Shown in pieces: positions 25,117 to 38,086 of a stretch of DNA of 64,000 nt. The stretch's first letter is position 1. Each line of letters starts with the position of its first letter. The notes under the pieces were generated by a model. The model made no database searches. It was not told the DNA's origin and saw only the letters and a list, made by a program, of their open reading frames with translations. Location of the stretch: the NCBI RefSeq assembly GCF_009834535.1, contig NC_045696.1, positions 88,290,001 through 88,354,000 of the forward strand. The letters run 5' to 3'. This stretch comes from Camelus ferus (lineage: Eukaryota). The position numbers were made by a program, and so were the translations under genes.

Positions 25117-26573
25117 ACTCGGGTTATGATGGCAGCCCTGGAGCGGAAAGTGCAGTCCCCGGCCGCAGTGCCTGGCAGAGGGAGTGGAGGAGAAGAAACC
25201 TTGGGCCACTGCTGAGGGAAGCAGCAGGAAATGCGAATCACCCCTGGTGGAACTGGAAAGTGTCCTCAGCCACTAGAAGGTCTCTTTGCCTGGACACTAG
25301 TACCACAAGGGCTGATCCTCCTTGGGGGCAATGCCGTAAGTCCCAAGGAGATCTGTGACAGACTCCGGTTCTTTGGACTCTTTAATCAACAGAAATTGTT
25401 AAGAGACCAGACAAGAAATTCAGGCAAGCCTTTACTGGGACTCGTGCTGGCTGCAGCACGAGGAAGCAAACACGAGGAACAGGTGCCGTTGTTCGCTTTC
25501 CGAGGAGGGCAGGCTGGATCCTTAAATGGGGCAAGGGTAAGGGTGGATGGGTGGGTTGGGCAGGAGCCGTAGCTTAGGTGGTCTGCCTGCCCCTTGGTGG
25601 TGCTGTGTGCAGGGATCATATGCAGTACCCCCACCTTTGCTCTCAGCATCTCAGGAATGGCAGTGGGCTTGTGGCCTTTTAGTGTCTTACGGTTTAAAAC
25701 TGCCCCAACTGGGCATGGGTGTAGCTACTTTTAGTCTCTTACAGTTTCTTTCTTTCTGTGGCTGGAGGAGACTCTTGCTGAGGTGCAGGTGCAAGCGCTG
25801 CAGTAAAGAGCCCCAGGTCCTGGCCTGTCTCAGTTCGACAAGCTCGACTTGTCCCGCTTGGCCCCCAACAGCACAGGCCGAGCCTGAGCACAGCAGCTTC
25901 TTTGCACTGCCTCTTCCAAGTCACGTTCATGGCCTTGAGAGAGCTGCAGGACATGGACCTCCACCCATGGACACCACCCTCACAGCACAGGGCCATCGTG
26001 ACTGTGGAGACTGGTTTGGACCCAAGCTCAACTACAGAGTGCCTAGCCAAGGCCACAGACTGACTGTGACCCTGTCCTGCGGGCTGACCCTGCATCCCAC
26101 CCACAGCCTGGGGGGATTACATTTGGCTCCAGGCCCTAGTGACACTGAAAGTCTTCCATGAACACAACGGCTAAATTATCTTTCCCCCTGTGGCACCAAA
26201 TGACCCATCTCTTGCTTGGAGCTAGTCATCTTCCTGGTGAAAGGAATGTCTTACCCTTCTGGTGTCCCTTCCTCAGATTTCCTGGGGGGCTGGTGGTATG
26301 GCTGGGGAAGGTAATAACCATCACTGAACAACATCTTTTTGAATCAAAGGCTGACTTTCCCAGAGGGTGCTGAGTCAGGCCTTTCTGTTTGGGGTTGGAA
26401 AGCAAGCCTAGGCCCATAGACAGACAATCCTATGGAGGTGGGCTCTTTCTGCTTTTTGCTGTGGCAGCTCAGAATTTTTACCAGGGACATAATGTGGGTG
26501 TGACTCATGAACTTAAATATAAAGTGAATGGATTCAGATTAAATTTTCCTGAAACTCAAAAAAAAAAAAAAAA
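25117..26573 (+). pseudogene. MAD2L1BP: Processed pseudogene of MAD2L1BP (p31comet), lacking the internal coding exon and interrupted by a solo LTR
   Basis: ATG at 25129 gives MAALERKVQSPAAVP, followed across frames by AEGVEEKKPWATAEGSSRKCESPLVELESVLSH, LEGLFAWTLVPQGLILLGGNAVSPKE, AQGHRDCGDWFGPKLNYRVPSQGHRLTVTLSCG and TAWGDYIWLQALVTLKVFHE, all matching p31comet as recalled. No introns; frameshifts present. ATTAAA at 26538, A16 tail at 26558-26573, TSD-like aaagttcagt (25107-25116) / aaaattcagt (26570-26579). Confidence 0.93.
25354..25832 (-). mobile_element. Solo ERV1-type LTR inserted in the MAD2L1BP pseudogene
   Basis: TG...CA termini, 4-bp TSD gatc/gttc (one mismatch), and the p31comet homology resumes immediately after it. 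Confidence 0.8.
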
Positions 26574-27423
26574 TTCAGTCCTGTCATAATTATGGTAACT
26601 TGCTTTATGTATGAAAGGCTTAAAATGTTACTTCTAGGTGATATCTTGGGTTGTTAGAAAGGGAGAGAAAGATTTAATAAAACTCATATGACTAGGAAAG
26701 GAGAAAGTATTTCAGGGCAAGAGAGTGAGGGAAGTAGTTTCCTCTTACAGTCAAGAGCTTAAGACTCTCCAATAAATCAAAGGCAATGAGCCAGTAACTC
26801 TATGAGGATGTGAGGGAAAAGATGCTACATTTTGGTGAGTTCCAGACAAATAAAAATTGGTTCCACTTATATACTCTGAGACTTCGTTTAGGGATGATTG
26901 GGCTAACAGAAAAGCATGTTGGTCAGAGAGAGAATAAAAAGGGACCACTTTGGAACCCTATTTGTATTTCTGGTTTGCTGACCATGACTTTTATTTAACA
27001 GTCACATTTTTCAAATTTACTGTAATAAGGAATAATTTTCAACGTGACCTTAGTGGTGACTTTTTTCCACAGACACACAAAGACACAAGCCTTGTAAGAC
27101 ACATTCACTCATTAGAGCTGCAAGCACTGAGAAGCTCAGACAAGAAATGCAAGGAGGACACAATTGCTCTCATTTCTTCAAAGCCACACCAGAATGCCTC
27201 TGAGTTAATTACCAAAGTAGGACACTCAAACCAAGCTCAAAGGTCGATCTGATATCCTGGAAACTTGAAGTTGCCTGCCCCCCAGATGATGAAAAAATGA
27301 TGAGACCTATCAGGAGGGTGGGAGCCTGACTCTTCCAGAGACGGAAACCAACTCAGAAACAAGAAACCAGTCAGAGGTGATTTCAGTTTACGGAGCAGGA
27401 GTTAAAAATTGAGGTCAGCACCA

Positions 27424-27863
27424 TTCTAAGTGAAGTAAGCCAGAAAGAGAAAGAAAAATACTGTATGATATGACTCATATGTAGAATCTAAGAAAAAAAA
27501 GAAAAGACACAGATGAACTTATTTACAAAACAGAAACAGACTCACAGACATAGGAAACAAACTTAGGGTTACCAGGGAGGAAAGAGGGTGGGAAGAGATA
27601 AATTGGGAGGTCTAGATTTGCAGATATTGATACTATATATAAAATAGATAAATAGCAAGTTCCTTCTGTATAGCACAGAGAACTATATTCAATATTTTGT
27701 AGTAACCTGTAATGAAAAAGAATATGAAAACAAATATATGTTTGTATATGTATGACTGAAACATGCTGTACATCAGAAATTGACACAATATTGCAAACTA
27801 ACTACACTTCAATAAAAAATGAAAAAAAGGAATTGGCTAAACCTGAAAAAAAAAAAAAAAAAA
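27424..27863 (+). mobile_element. Young L1 3'-end fragment with poly(A)
   Basis: Same family as 61772-62428; poly(A) at ~27846-27863. Confidence 0.85.
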
Positions 27864-28697
27864 CCTGAGATCAGGATCTGGACAAAAAGGAAAATAATCA
27901 GGAGCTAGGAGAATAGAAAGAGGCGGTCAAAACCAAGTGAGAAACTCCAGAGGCTGGAGTGGGAATGCTGCCTGGAAACTCCATGGTCCCCACCGCAGTA
28001 AGGAGGGTCTGAAAGTTCTAAATTCCAGGCTGCCCCTGAGAGGTTGGGATGGAAGGGACATTTGGTCAGCCTGATCCAGCTTCCCAGGTTCACTGCTAAA
28101 CACCAGCTGCATCCCTTTTGGAGCACACTCTTAGGGAACCATTCTTGACTTTGAAAAGGTACTTTTGCTGAATTAAAAAATTCAGGAGGGCAACAGAACA
28201 AGTCTCCACTCGAAGTCATCTAACATCAGTACCCACAATCATAGTGGCCCTAAAAGTCACAGCAAACCCAGTGTACCCATTTGCACACTTCTCTGCAAAA
28301 TGGACTATTTCTCATAAAGATGTCATGGCCTTTCCCCCGTTAATTTGTTTAGCAAAACTTTTGTTCACAGGACAAAGGTGAATCTGGGCACAGCCCTATC
28401 TGAATGATCACTAGTCCCGTAATACACTTTCTTTGTTGTAATTTTCCATAATGTGACATAATTTATGTAATGTCAATTCTCCCTTTGGAAAATAAGGTCC
28501 AAGAGGGCAAGGAACCGTGTCTATTTTTGTCCACTATGGTATCCTCATCACCTGGAATACCACCTGGCACCAAGCAGACCTCAGTAAATGTTTGCTGAAG
28601 AGATAATACCCACTCAAAAAACTGTGAGGACTGAAAGAGAAAATGTATATGAAGTACCCATCCCAGTGCCTGGCAAATGAATCAACATTAAACATTA

Positions 28698-28847
28698 TTT
28701 TTCTTTTTTAAAAAATTATTTCTTGGGGGGATGGAGGTAATTAGATTTGTTTGTTTGTTTGTTATTTTAATGGAGGTTCTGGGGACTGAACCAAGAACCT
28801 TGTGCATCCTAAGCATGTGCTCTACCACTGAGCTGTACCCAACCCCC
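28698..28847 (-). mobile_element. tRNA-derived SINE (vic-1-like)
   Basis: Reverse copy; aatcaacatt repeated on both flanks. Confidence 0.8.
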
Positions 28848-30854
28848 AATCAACATTTTTGAGTGGAGTGAATGAGTGGAGATTTTATTGCACTCACTCT
28901 TGGTGCCCGTTCTGGTTACCTTCCTATTTGGTAGCTTTCTTTAATTACCTACTTTTCAAATGAGTGCTCAATGCTTTTATTTCCTCTCTAGTTACTCTCC
29001 AACTTCTGCCCTTTCTACTTCACTGAAATGATCCCCTCAAAGCTGTTTCAAAATCCAAACAATTGTCAAATCTCTCTTCCTTGAAACGCTCTCTTCAGTG
29101 TCTGTGACACCACTACAAATTCTCCTGCAGCTTTTCCAGTACTTTCTCCATTTCTGTCACTGACTCAACTTTCTCCTCTTCTCTCAGTGAGAGTATCAGC
29201 AGGACTCACACCTTGACTGTCTGCCCTTTTTCCTTCATTGAAATGGGACTCAGCCATTCTAGGATACTACTTACCACTTCTGGCTAATGACTCCGAAATT
29301 TTCAGATCTTCCATATTTTGCCTGACCTGTAGTCCCATATTCCCAAAACCTTGGGGAAACTGTCCCTCCTTTGTGCCCCTAGAAACATTTTAGTCTCCCT
29401 ACAAACACAGCCTGTATACCTGTCTCTACCAGACTCCCTTAAACCCCATATCATAGGTTTTTGTATCTCCAGAACCTAGCCTCATGTTCTGGCACAAAGC
29501 AGGTGATCGTCTGCTGAATGAATGAATGAGTTTATAAAACTATTATTAAAACACTTTAAAACACTTTCATTTGAATCTCTTGCAATATCTCAAACTTGAC
29601 ACCAAAATGATATCCGTTTTCCCTAAATTCCTTTGCCTCCTGAACTTCCTGCTGTCAGTGGTAATGGCATCCACCTACATGAGCCTAAAATCTTCAAGTC
29701 CTCTGTGACTCCTCTCCATATTCCTCACAGTCATCAAATCATGAATATTTCCTATGATATTGTATGTCATATCCATTCTGCATCCCCACTGTCAACGTGC
29801 AAACATGGCAAGGCCTCAGGTCCTATCTGGATTATTACAATAGCCTCCCTATTTCCAAACATGCAAAGGCTCTCTGTTATCTGCAAAAGGCTGGTACTCT
29901 AATATCCTTGACCTAGTGTTCAGGAATCTCCATAATCCAGTCTCTCCTCTTCCCCTACTGCTGGCTACTAATTCAGCCTCAGGTCAACATGCACTGCCCA
30001 CTCCAGGCAGGCTGATTCTCTCATTGGCCACTCGAGTGGTGGCTTCTTCTCTCCCTATCTGGAATCCTTTCCTTCCTCACCATCTATGAAATTGTGCCCA
30101 CAGTTCAACTGAGATCAAATACTTTCTTTTTTAGAAAACAGCTTTATTGAGATATCTTTGACACACAAAAATTGTGTATGTTTAAGATACACAACTTGAT
30201 GTACTGACAGTTAAAGAATTTCTTACGCAAGAAATTAGTGTGGCCATTCCAGCCCCCTAACCTCCTCTCCCCAACAGCACTTTAATGCTGCACCATGAGC
30301 TCATTCAGGGCTTCATTTAGGGTTTTGCCCTGGCTGCTCTATGTTCACTTAGTTTCTGCAAAGAGATTGTGGAGCTTATTAAGGACTATGGCTATGTTCT
30401 GAGTCCTCAGAAAGCAGTAAGTAGACATTTGCTGATTGATTAATTTGATCAGATTTAAATACAACTGTAACTCATTTAAAAGATGAGATACAGTCCCTAA
30501 AAGCAGACTACCACAGATAACTGAGGGAACCCAAACTCATTTTATCTCCCTGTAAAGCTGGAAATGAGTTCTTAACAGGAAAAACTGTATGCTCAGAATT
30601 TTATAATAACATTTAAAATACAACACAATTTTCTAATCACACTTGTCAAGGAAAAGTAAACTATTTTGATGGAGAATGGGAAAGGGAAGACAAAATAAAA
30701 TCAAGACAACTCCTCACTCGAACTACAATGTACAAATATTCTCAAAGAACTTTACCCTGCCAACTTGCCTGACCCTCTAAAGGTGGCCCTAAAGATTTCC
30801 AACTTTTTTCCCTTCTCAAGAGGAGAGAACCTCTGTCCTGAGTAATTTTTTCTT

Positions 30855-31856
30855 TACTTTTTTTAACTTTCTATTTTGAAATAACTTTAGACTTGCCAGA
30901 AAGTTGCGAAAATAGCAGTTTCCATACATTTTACTCAGCTTCTTCGAATGTTAACATGTTGTATAACCTTAGCACAATGATCAAAACCAGGAAATTAATA
31001 CACCAATATTCAGCCAATACTATTGACTGAACTACAGATCTTATTTGAATTTCTCTAGTCTTTCCCTTATCGTCCTTTTGCTGTTCCAGGATCAACTCAG
31101 TATCCCACATTGCATTTGGTTGCGCCCTTAGTCTCCTGCAATTTTATCATTCATGATATTGATAGTTTCTTTTTTTTAATTGAAGTATAGTCCGTTTACA
31201 ATGTTGTGTCAATTTCTGGTGTACAGTATAATGTTTCAGTCATACACATACATATATATACTCCTTTTCATATTTTTCATTAAAGGTTACTACAAGATAT
31301 TGAATATGGTTCTTTATGCTAAATTGAACACAAGATATTGAATATGGTTCTTTGTTTATCTATTTTGTATATAGTAATTAGTATCTGCAAATCTCGAACT
31401 CCCAATTTATCCCTTCCCATCCCCTTTCCCTCCTGGACAGGTATGTTGCAGAATGTCCCTCAATTTGGGATTATGAGATATTTTCTCATGATTAAAGGGA
31501 GGTTTTTACCTTTTTTGGCAAGATTACAGCAAAAGTGATGCTGTGTCCTTCTCAGTACATCGTATCAAGAGGTACATGATATTAATATGTCTCAATACCA
31601 GAGACACTGACCTCGACCACTTGGCTACTGTGGCACCTTTTGCATTTCTTCACTGCAAATTACCATTGCAAGTTACCATTTTCCCTAGGGGGTGATAATT
31701 TGGAGATTTTCCTCATATTCCATTTCTACCTCAATTTTCACCCACTGATTTTATCCATCAGTGGCTCTTACCTGCAACAATTATTACTGTGGTATTTGCC
31801 TAATGGTGATTCTAAATTTCCCTCATTTCTTCTATATTTGTTAATTGGAATTCTGT
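30855..31856 (-). mobile_element. Old L1MC-like 3' end, interrupted by a younger antisense L1 fragment (~31167-31432)
   Basis: ttttgaaataactttagactt... old L1 3'UTR; nested attgaagtatagt...tacaatgttgtgtcaatttctgg young L1 tail. Confidence 0.7.
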
Positions 31857-33577
31857 AAGGCTGAATGATTCTAAATATAATTTTGATTTATGATATCAGA
31901 TGTCTAGTATGGAGAACACAGTCTTGGGAGTCTTAGAGATCCTAGTCTAATAACAACTCTGCCCCTAAAAGCTTTATTAACTTGAGAATATTTCTGTTTT
32001 ATACTTCAAAGTGAAAAAAGGCAGTCTAAAGGATATTTTTCAGAAAAAAAGAAGAAGGAAGAGGATGAGTAGGAGAAGGAAGAGGAGGAGAGGAGAAAGG
32101 GAAAGAAGGAAAGGAGGGAGAGAGAGATAAAAGGGAAAATTAAGCTTTTGTATCTTTCTTAACTCTCAGTAATTTTGTAAACAAGAAGCATTTTAAGGGG
32201 ACACTTTCCTTTCAATAAGATACTCCCATACTGAATCTCAAGGAATGATCTAGAAACAAAACACATTTCTGGCACTCATGCCACCTGCATGGCATGGATA
32301 CTACATTTCTGAGGCCATTACCTATCAATACAACCACCGTTATGTCTTTCCCTCTTATCTTTTATAGTAACTGAGTATATCCTGAAACAGGAAAAAAGGG
32401 CCTCAAGCTACAGTACAAACTAGCAGAGTGATAACTGCTTTCCTGATGGCCTTGGTACCCCATGCAGGAAAGTAGAACCTAGTGCACAGTGATTCTCAAA
32501 GTGGGAAATGCTCACTTACACGGAGGCAGCAGGGGCGGTATCCACAAATACCTTGAGATTATTATCATCATTCTCATATGATTGAAACTCTTGAAAAAAA
32601 TAACATAGGTATTTTCTGGGTCAATCTGGATGACCACTCAACACCCACAAACAGCTGCTAATCCCAGTGCCGCATTTTTGCACCGTAGTTTATAATCAGG
32701 TTATTATCAATTGATCATTAGAAGGGATAACATTTAACTTCTATGTGCTAATAGGCATCACTGAATGCATTTGAGCCGGCATGTCCTAACATCCAAGTGA
32801 CAACATTCTGTATCTGCTATTGCACTGAGGTGTTTTATTTTAACCAATGATAAAGATAAATCTTGAGATTTGCAGTGATACTCAAAATTGTAAGACATTT
32901 TCATGTATTAAAACAACATAAAAATGACAGTATGCAGTAATATCCTCTAATGGAGCAACCTAATAAGGAAAGAATTGAGGCATACTTAGAATGGAAATGA
33001 GGCACCGAGGTCAACTGGAGGCTGAATTACCTCATTTTGTGCTATGCAGTCACTTAACAATAGTTTGAGGAGGGAAACATTTTCTGGAGAATTGTGTCAT
33101 ACTATACACATCGCTCCATATATAGTGGTATAATTGTTAGTACCATTCAGGAAAAAAGTGGATTCTTTCTACATGTCTCCCTTTGTACTAATCAGCTTGC
33201 AAAAAGTCCATTACTGGAACATGTAACTGTAGAGAGACTTGGAAAATATTTTTGTTAAATGGCCCTTTGCAAATGTTTCAGTATGTTTGGGCATTCACTA
33301 TTACACTGACCCCACACAGGATCAAAAGAGAGTGTGTTGTTTACTGTTTAAAAGGAAAAATAATAAAATGATAATGATGATGACATAAATTATGGTCTAT
33401 CATATTCAAAATCAACAGGATCAAGTCAAGTAAAAAATACACATCTTCTGAAAAAGAATATCTATATATATATATACATATATAAATAAATCACTTTTCT
33501 GTACACCAGAAATTCACACAACATAGTGAATCAACTGTACTTCAGTTAAAATATATATATATACACCAGGCAGGAAA

Positions 33578-33625
33578 AAAATAAAATAAAATAAAATAAA
33601 ATAAGATAAAATAAAATAAAATAAA
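33578..33625. repeat. (TAAAA)n pentanucleotide repeat
   Basis: Directly visible; probably derived from an L1 tail. Confidence 0.9.
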
Positions 33626-34549
33626 ACATCTTCCTATTATTAAACCAAACCACTGATAATTTTATTTTAATTATGTTAAACTGTATTATATTAACATTGA
33701 TAATTTAATTTTTTATTTTGAAATTTTGTTGGTCCCTCATTTATTTGGGTTTTATAGTTGTATACTACCTTGAAGCACAAGGGATTTTATAACTAATTTT
33801 ATAACTGCATGTATTTAAGCCACAGGATAATAACATAATTCAAGTCATTATGCCAGGGAAGGGTCCAAAGAGGGGGGAGAAAGGCCAGAGTAAAAAGGAG
33901 TTGAGCAAGTTATAAACAAGATGATCCTATTTATGTACAATAGAATAGCTATATATGTGCTTATGAATATGCAAATTTATAAACATGTAGGGAAAAAGAG
34001 TCTGGAAGAAGACCTATCCCACCGTTAACAGTGATAACTCCTGAGGAGGGACGTGTTTTGAGAGACAAAGATGAAATTGAACTTTTCACTATAATTTCTG
34101 TATTCTTTCAATTTTTATAAAAATAAATTCATCTGAGTGGAAAACACTAAGCGAATGCATAAACCAAAAGGATCAGTAGATTATTGAAGCTGGTAAAAAG
34201 GGCATGGACTTTGGCTTCAGAAAACATGGTATTAAACTTTGATTCTCGTGCTTCTTATGAGCTATAGGATTTGGGGAAGTTACTTAATTTCTCTAAACCT
34301 CAATTTTCCCAATCTGCAAGATAGGAATGATTCTAGCTACGGAAATATTGTGAAAATTAAACAAAGTATGCAACATGCCAAGTACATGGCCTAGCCCATA
34401 CAGGATGCCCAACAGATAAAGACCATATTTTTACTGTACCAATTATTACTATAAATATTAATTGCAGTTGTCTTGTGAGGTTAGGTTGACCCTGGAAGTA
34501 GCCAAATGGGCTGTCTGGCCCACATCCTGGTTCCCTGTTTCTGCTGGAC

Positions 34550-35000
34550 ATTTGTTATTTGCTCCTTCAGGTCCATGCCTCTGCCTTCTCCACCTGCTCT
34601 GTGCCTAAGGAAGGCTGACCCTTATGAACTGCATCCACAGACCCCCACACCTTGCAACCTCCAGACAGGTTCAGCCAAGTGGCATGCTGGCAGGAGACTG
34701 GAGGGTGGGGTAAGAGGCAGTCCGGTATTCATTCTCACAGCTCCCTCCTTAGCAGGGAGCCGTTGGTTAGATGCCCCCTCTACCAAAGCCCACAGCTTCT
34801 GTCCTCAGCCCTCTTTGGGTTCTGGTAAGCCCTCCCTCCCACGGCCCCTTCAGTCTAAGGTGGTCAAGTCTTCCTAAGGTTTCTAGTCTAAGGTTCTGCA
34901 CTATTCTTGGTTGTTTTTCCTAACTTCATAAATCGTCCTTTTCTTCCACCCTTTTCAAATCATGCTATTGGAGTGTAGCACCTGTTTCTTCCCAGACTCC
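34550..35000 (-). mobile_element. LTR33-like ERVL LTR
   Basis: Ends ggagtgtagcacctgtttcttcccagactcc, resembling the reverse LTR33 5' end as recalled. Confidence 0.5.
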
Positions 35001-36680
35001 TTTAAATTTACTGTTTCATAGTTTGGCCACAGTGGGATAACCTAGCACAACACAACTTCACTGCAGGAAACTTCCAGTGGAAATTCCTGCAAATCTCAAC
35101 AGACCAGCCTTATGCATAGGCAGCAAAGGGAGATTTTTACATTGTGCCATTTCAGCGGGATGGAAAGAAATCCCTCTCCTGCTGATCTGAAATTCCACTG
35201 CTATAATAACTACAGATTACTCACTAACTGGTGGTTATAAAGGATGAAAGTTTACTAATTACAGGTTATAATGCCAAACCACCTACTCACAATTTGTCTA
35301 TGGATGCAAAGAACGGAATCTGTGAACTGTAAAGTTCTCATTCTAATTTACAAGTTTTTTCTCTGCATGTGAGTTGCTCACCAGTGTTTCTTATGCAGGC
35401 AATACACCTTGGGTCAATGAGAATCAGCCTAACTAAAGCAGTAGCTATAGCTGCACCACTGGTCCTGTCTTTTATTATACCTTTCACCCTGCTTCAAAAA
35501 TGCCACCTTCCCATTCAAAAAGCTACAGTGGACCCTCATTTTATTAAACAATTACTGCTGTAGAATTTACTATGCACTGAGTGCTAGTCTAAGCAATTTA
35601 TAAATATTAACTCATTTAATTTTCAGAATCACTCTATTATACCATTTGTTTTTGACATGGAAACAAGCAGAGAGACTAGGTAAGTTGCCCCAAGTTACAT
35701 AGCTAATAATTGCTAGTAAATACAACTGGCTGTCAAACGCAAAAAGTCTGGCTCCATAGTCCATAGTTTTAACCTCTTCTTCCTGAGGCTTGTTTGCCAA
35801 AGGAGTTAGTGCACACTTCCTACAGATACATTATTCCACAATATGGCCCCAACTAGTTCTCCAGCATTACCTCATACCACCTACTAAGTATCCATTTATC
35901 CAACAAAAATCTATTGAATTTTGAGAGAGTCAGCATAGAGGAATGACAGATGTTTAAGAAAATAATAACTCATCAGCATTAAAATGGATCAATAAATTGT
36001 GGCGGACTCAAACAATGGAATGTTATATGGCAAAGAAAATGAACAAGCTACAACCACAGGCAACAGCATGACCCACCTAAGGCTGAGGCAGCCAATGCTG
36101 GTGCAGGGCCAGCAATTTCAACAAAAGGTAAAGATGCTCCAGAAAAGTGCTAGAGAATATGGCCTGCATTGGAAAGGTGGCTTCCAGTGTATCCTAAGCC
36201 ATCCCAGCCCCTGAAAGTTGACAGTGTCAGAATGGCTTTCTTAATTGCCTTGCCTTGGTTATTGCCTGTCCTGGTAATTAATTGCACTATTTGTCTACCT
36301 TGCAGCTCATCCATTCCTACTGAAGCCCCAGAAGGGTAACATGATCCAGCTCAGAAGAAAAGGATACACCTAGTAAATGAAATCAACATTGAAGCCCTGT
36401 GTCTTACTAAAGCAGTCCATGGCAGATGTTGCACTCAAGACCTATCCCACATACGTGCATGCTTTATGGTTCACTTAATAAATCTATGAATTGACAGAAG
36501 ATGACATAGGTCCAACACTACTGAAGAAGACAGGAGTATTAACAATGATAAATTAGAATCAAATGCTTTTGTATGCTGCAAAATCTTATGACAGTATTTT
36601 CCCATTCTTTGTGTATCCAAAATTCTTTAAAAAGAATTTTTAAAAAGAAAAAATTATTGCTATTGGTTAAATAATTATTT

Positions 36681-37198
36681 TTTCTTTTTTTCCAGTTTCA
36701 TTAAGATATAATTGATATTGTTCACTGTATATGTTTAAGGTGTACAGTGTAATGGTTTGACTTACATATACTATGAAATGAATGTCACAATAAATTTAGT
36801 TAGCATCATAACATTATACAGATACAATTTTTTTAATAAGAAAAAAATTTTCCTGGTGATGAGAACGCTTAGGATTTACTCTGTTAATATTTACTCTGTT
36901 TCAGATTTGTTAGGCAGCAGTGTTAACACTATGGTCACTATATTGTACATCATATCCCTAGTACTTACGTATCTTATAACTGGAAGTTTGTACCCTTTGA
37001 CCACCTTCTTTCAATTCCACCTCCCCTGGAACCCCACCTCTATGAGCTTGTTTTGTTTTAAGATTCCACATATGAGTGAAATCACATGGTATTTGTCTTT
37101 CTCCATCTGATTTATTTCATTTAACATAATGCCTCAAGGTCCAACTACGTTGTTGCAAATGGCAGGATTTCCTTGTTTTTTATGGCAGAATAATATTC

Positions 37199-37230
<32 letters not shown>

Positions 37231-37837
37231 ACAAATTTTTAAATCTATTTTTCCACTGATGGACACTTAGGTTGTTTTCATATCTTGGCTATTGTAAATA
37301 ATGCTGCTATGAACGTAGGGGTGCAGAAATCTTTTTGGCGTAGTGTTTTTGTTTCCTTTGAATATATTCCCCAAAGTGAAATTGCTCAATTATACAGTAG
37401 TTTTATTTTTAATTTTTTGAGGCACCTCCATATAGTTTTCCACAGTGGTTGCACCAGTTCACAACCCTACCAACAGTGCAAAAAGGTTCCCCGTTCTCCT
37501 CATTGTCCCAAGAACTTATTAGCTCTTGTCTTTTTGATGATGACCACTCTAACAGGCATGCAGTAATATCTCATCTGTGATTTTGATTTGCATTTCCCTA
37601 GTGACTAGAGATGTTGAACATCTTTTCATACATCTGTTGGTCATTCATATATCTTATGTGAAAAAAAGTCGATTCAGGTCTTTTGCCCATTTTTTAGTTG
37701 GATTGTTTGTTTTGCTATTGAGTTATATGAACTCTTTATATATTTGGGATATTAACTTCTTATCAAATATATACAGTTTGCAAACATTTTTTCCATTCCA
37801 TAAGTTGTCTTTTCATTTTGTTGATTGTTTTGATATG
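36681..37837 (-). mobile_element. 5'-truncated L1 inserted in the CISD2 pseudogene 3'UTR
   Basis: Typical antisense L1 3'-end/ORF2 sequence; perfect 13-bp TSD taaataattattt (36668-36680 / 37838-37850). Confidence 0.9.
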
Positions 37838-38086
37838 TAAATAATTATTTATGCCCATTTATTTTCTTTCTACACTACTATGTATATTTGATACTTTGTT
37901 TAGCAAACAATCATTTATGTAGAAACTGTCAAGTCTTACAAGAATGAATATTTCCTTTAACAATAAAATCAACACTTCTGATTTTAATTAATTTAGAAAC
38001 CAAAATTTTTAGAATAGATCCAAAACTACTTTTTTTGAATATCAAGATTTTCAACAGAATCTACACATTAAAAAAAAATCCCACAT

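Noticed and set aside
32487..33860. Possible hAT/Charlie transposon remnant
   Set aside because: Only a CAGTGATTCTCAAAGTG terminus-like motif and AT-rich sequence; no second terminus or transposase could be identified, so it is not listed as a feature.
36324..36420. Possible EPRS1-like peptide (KGNMIQLRRKG)
   Set aside because: The surrounding sequence aligns much better and collinearly with CISD2.
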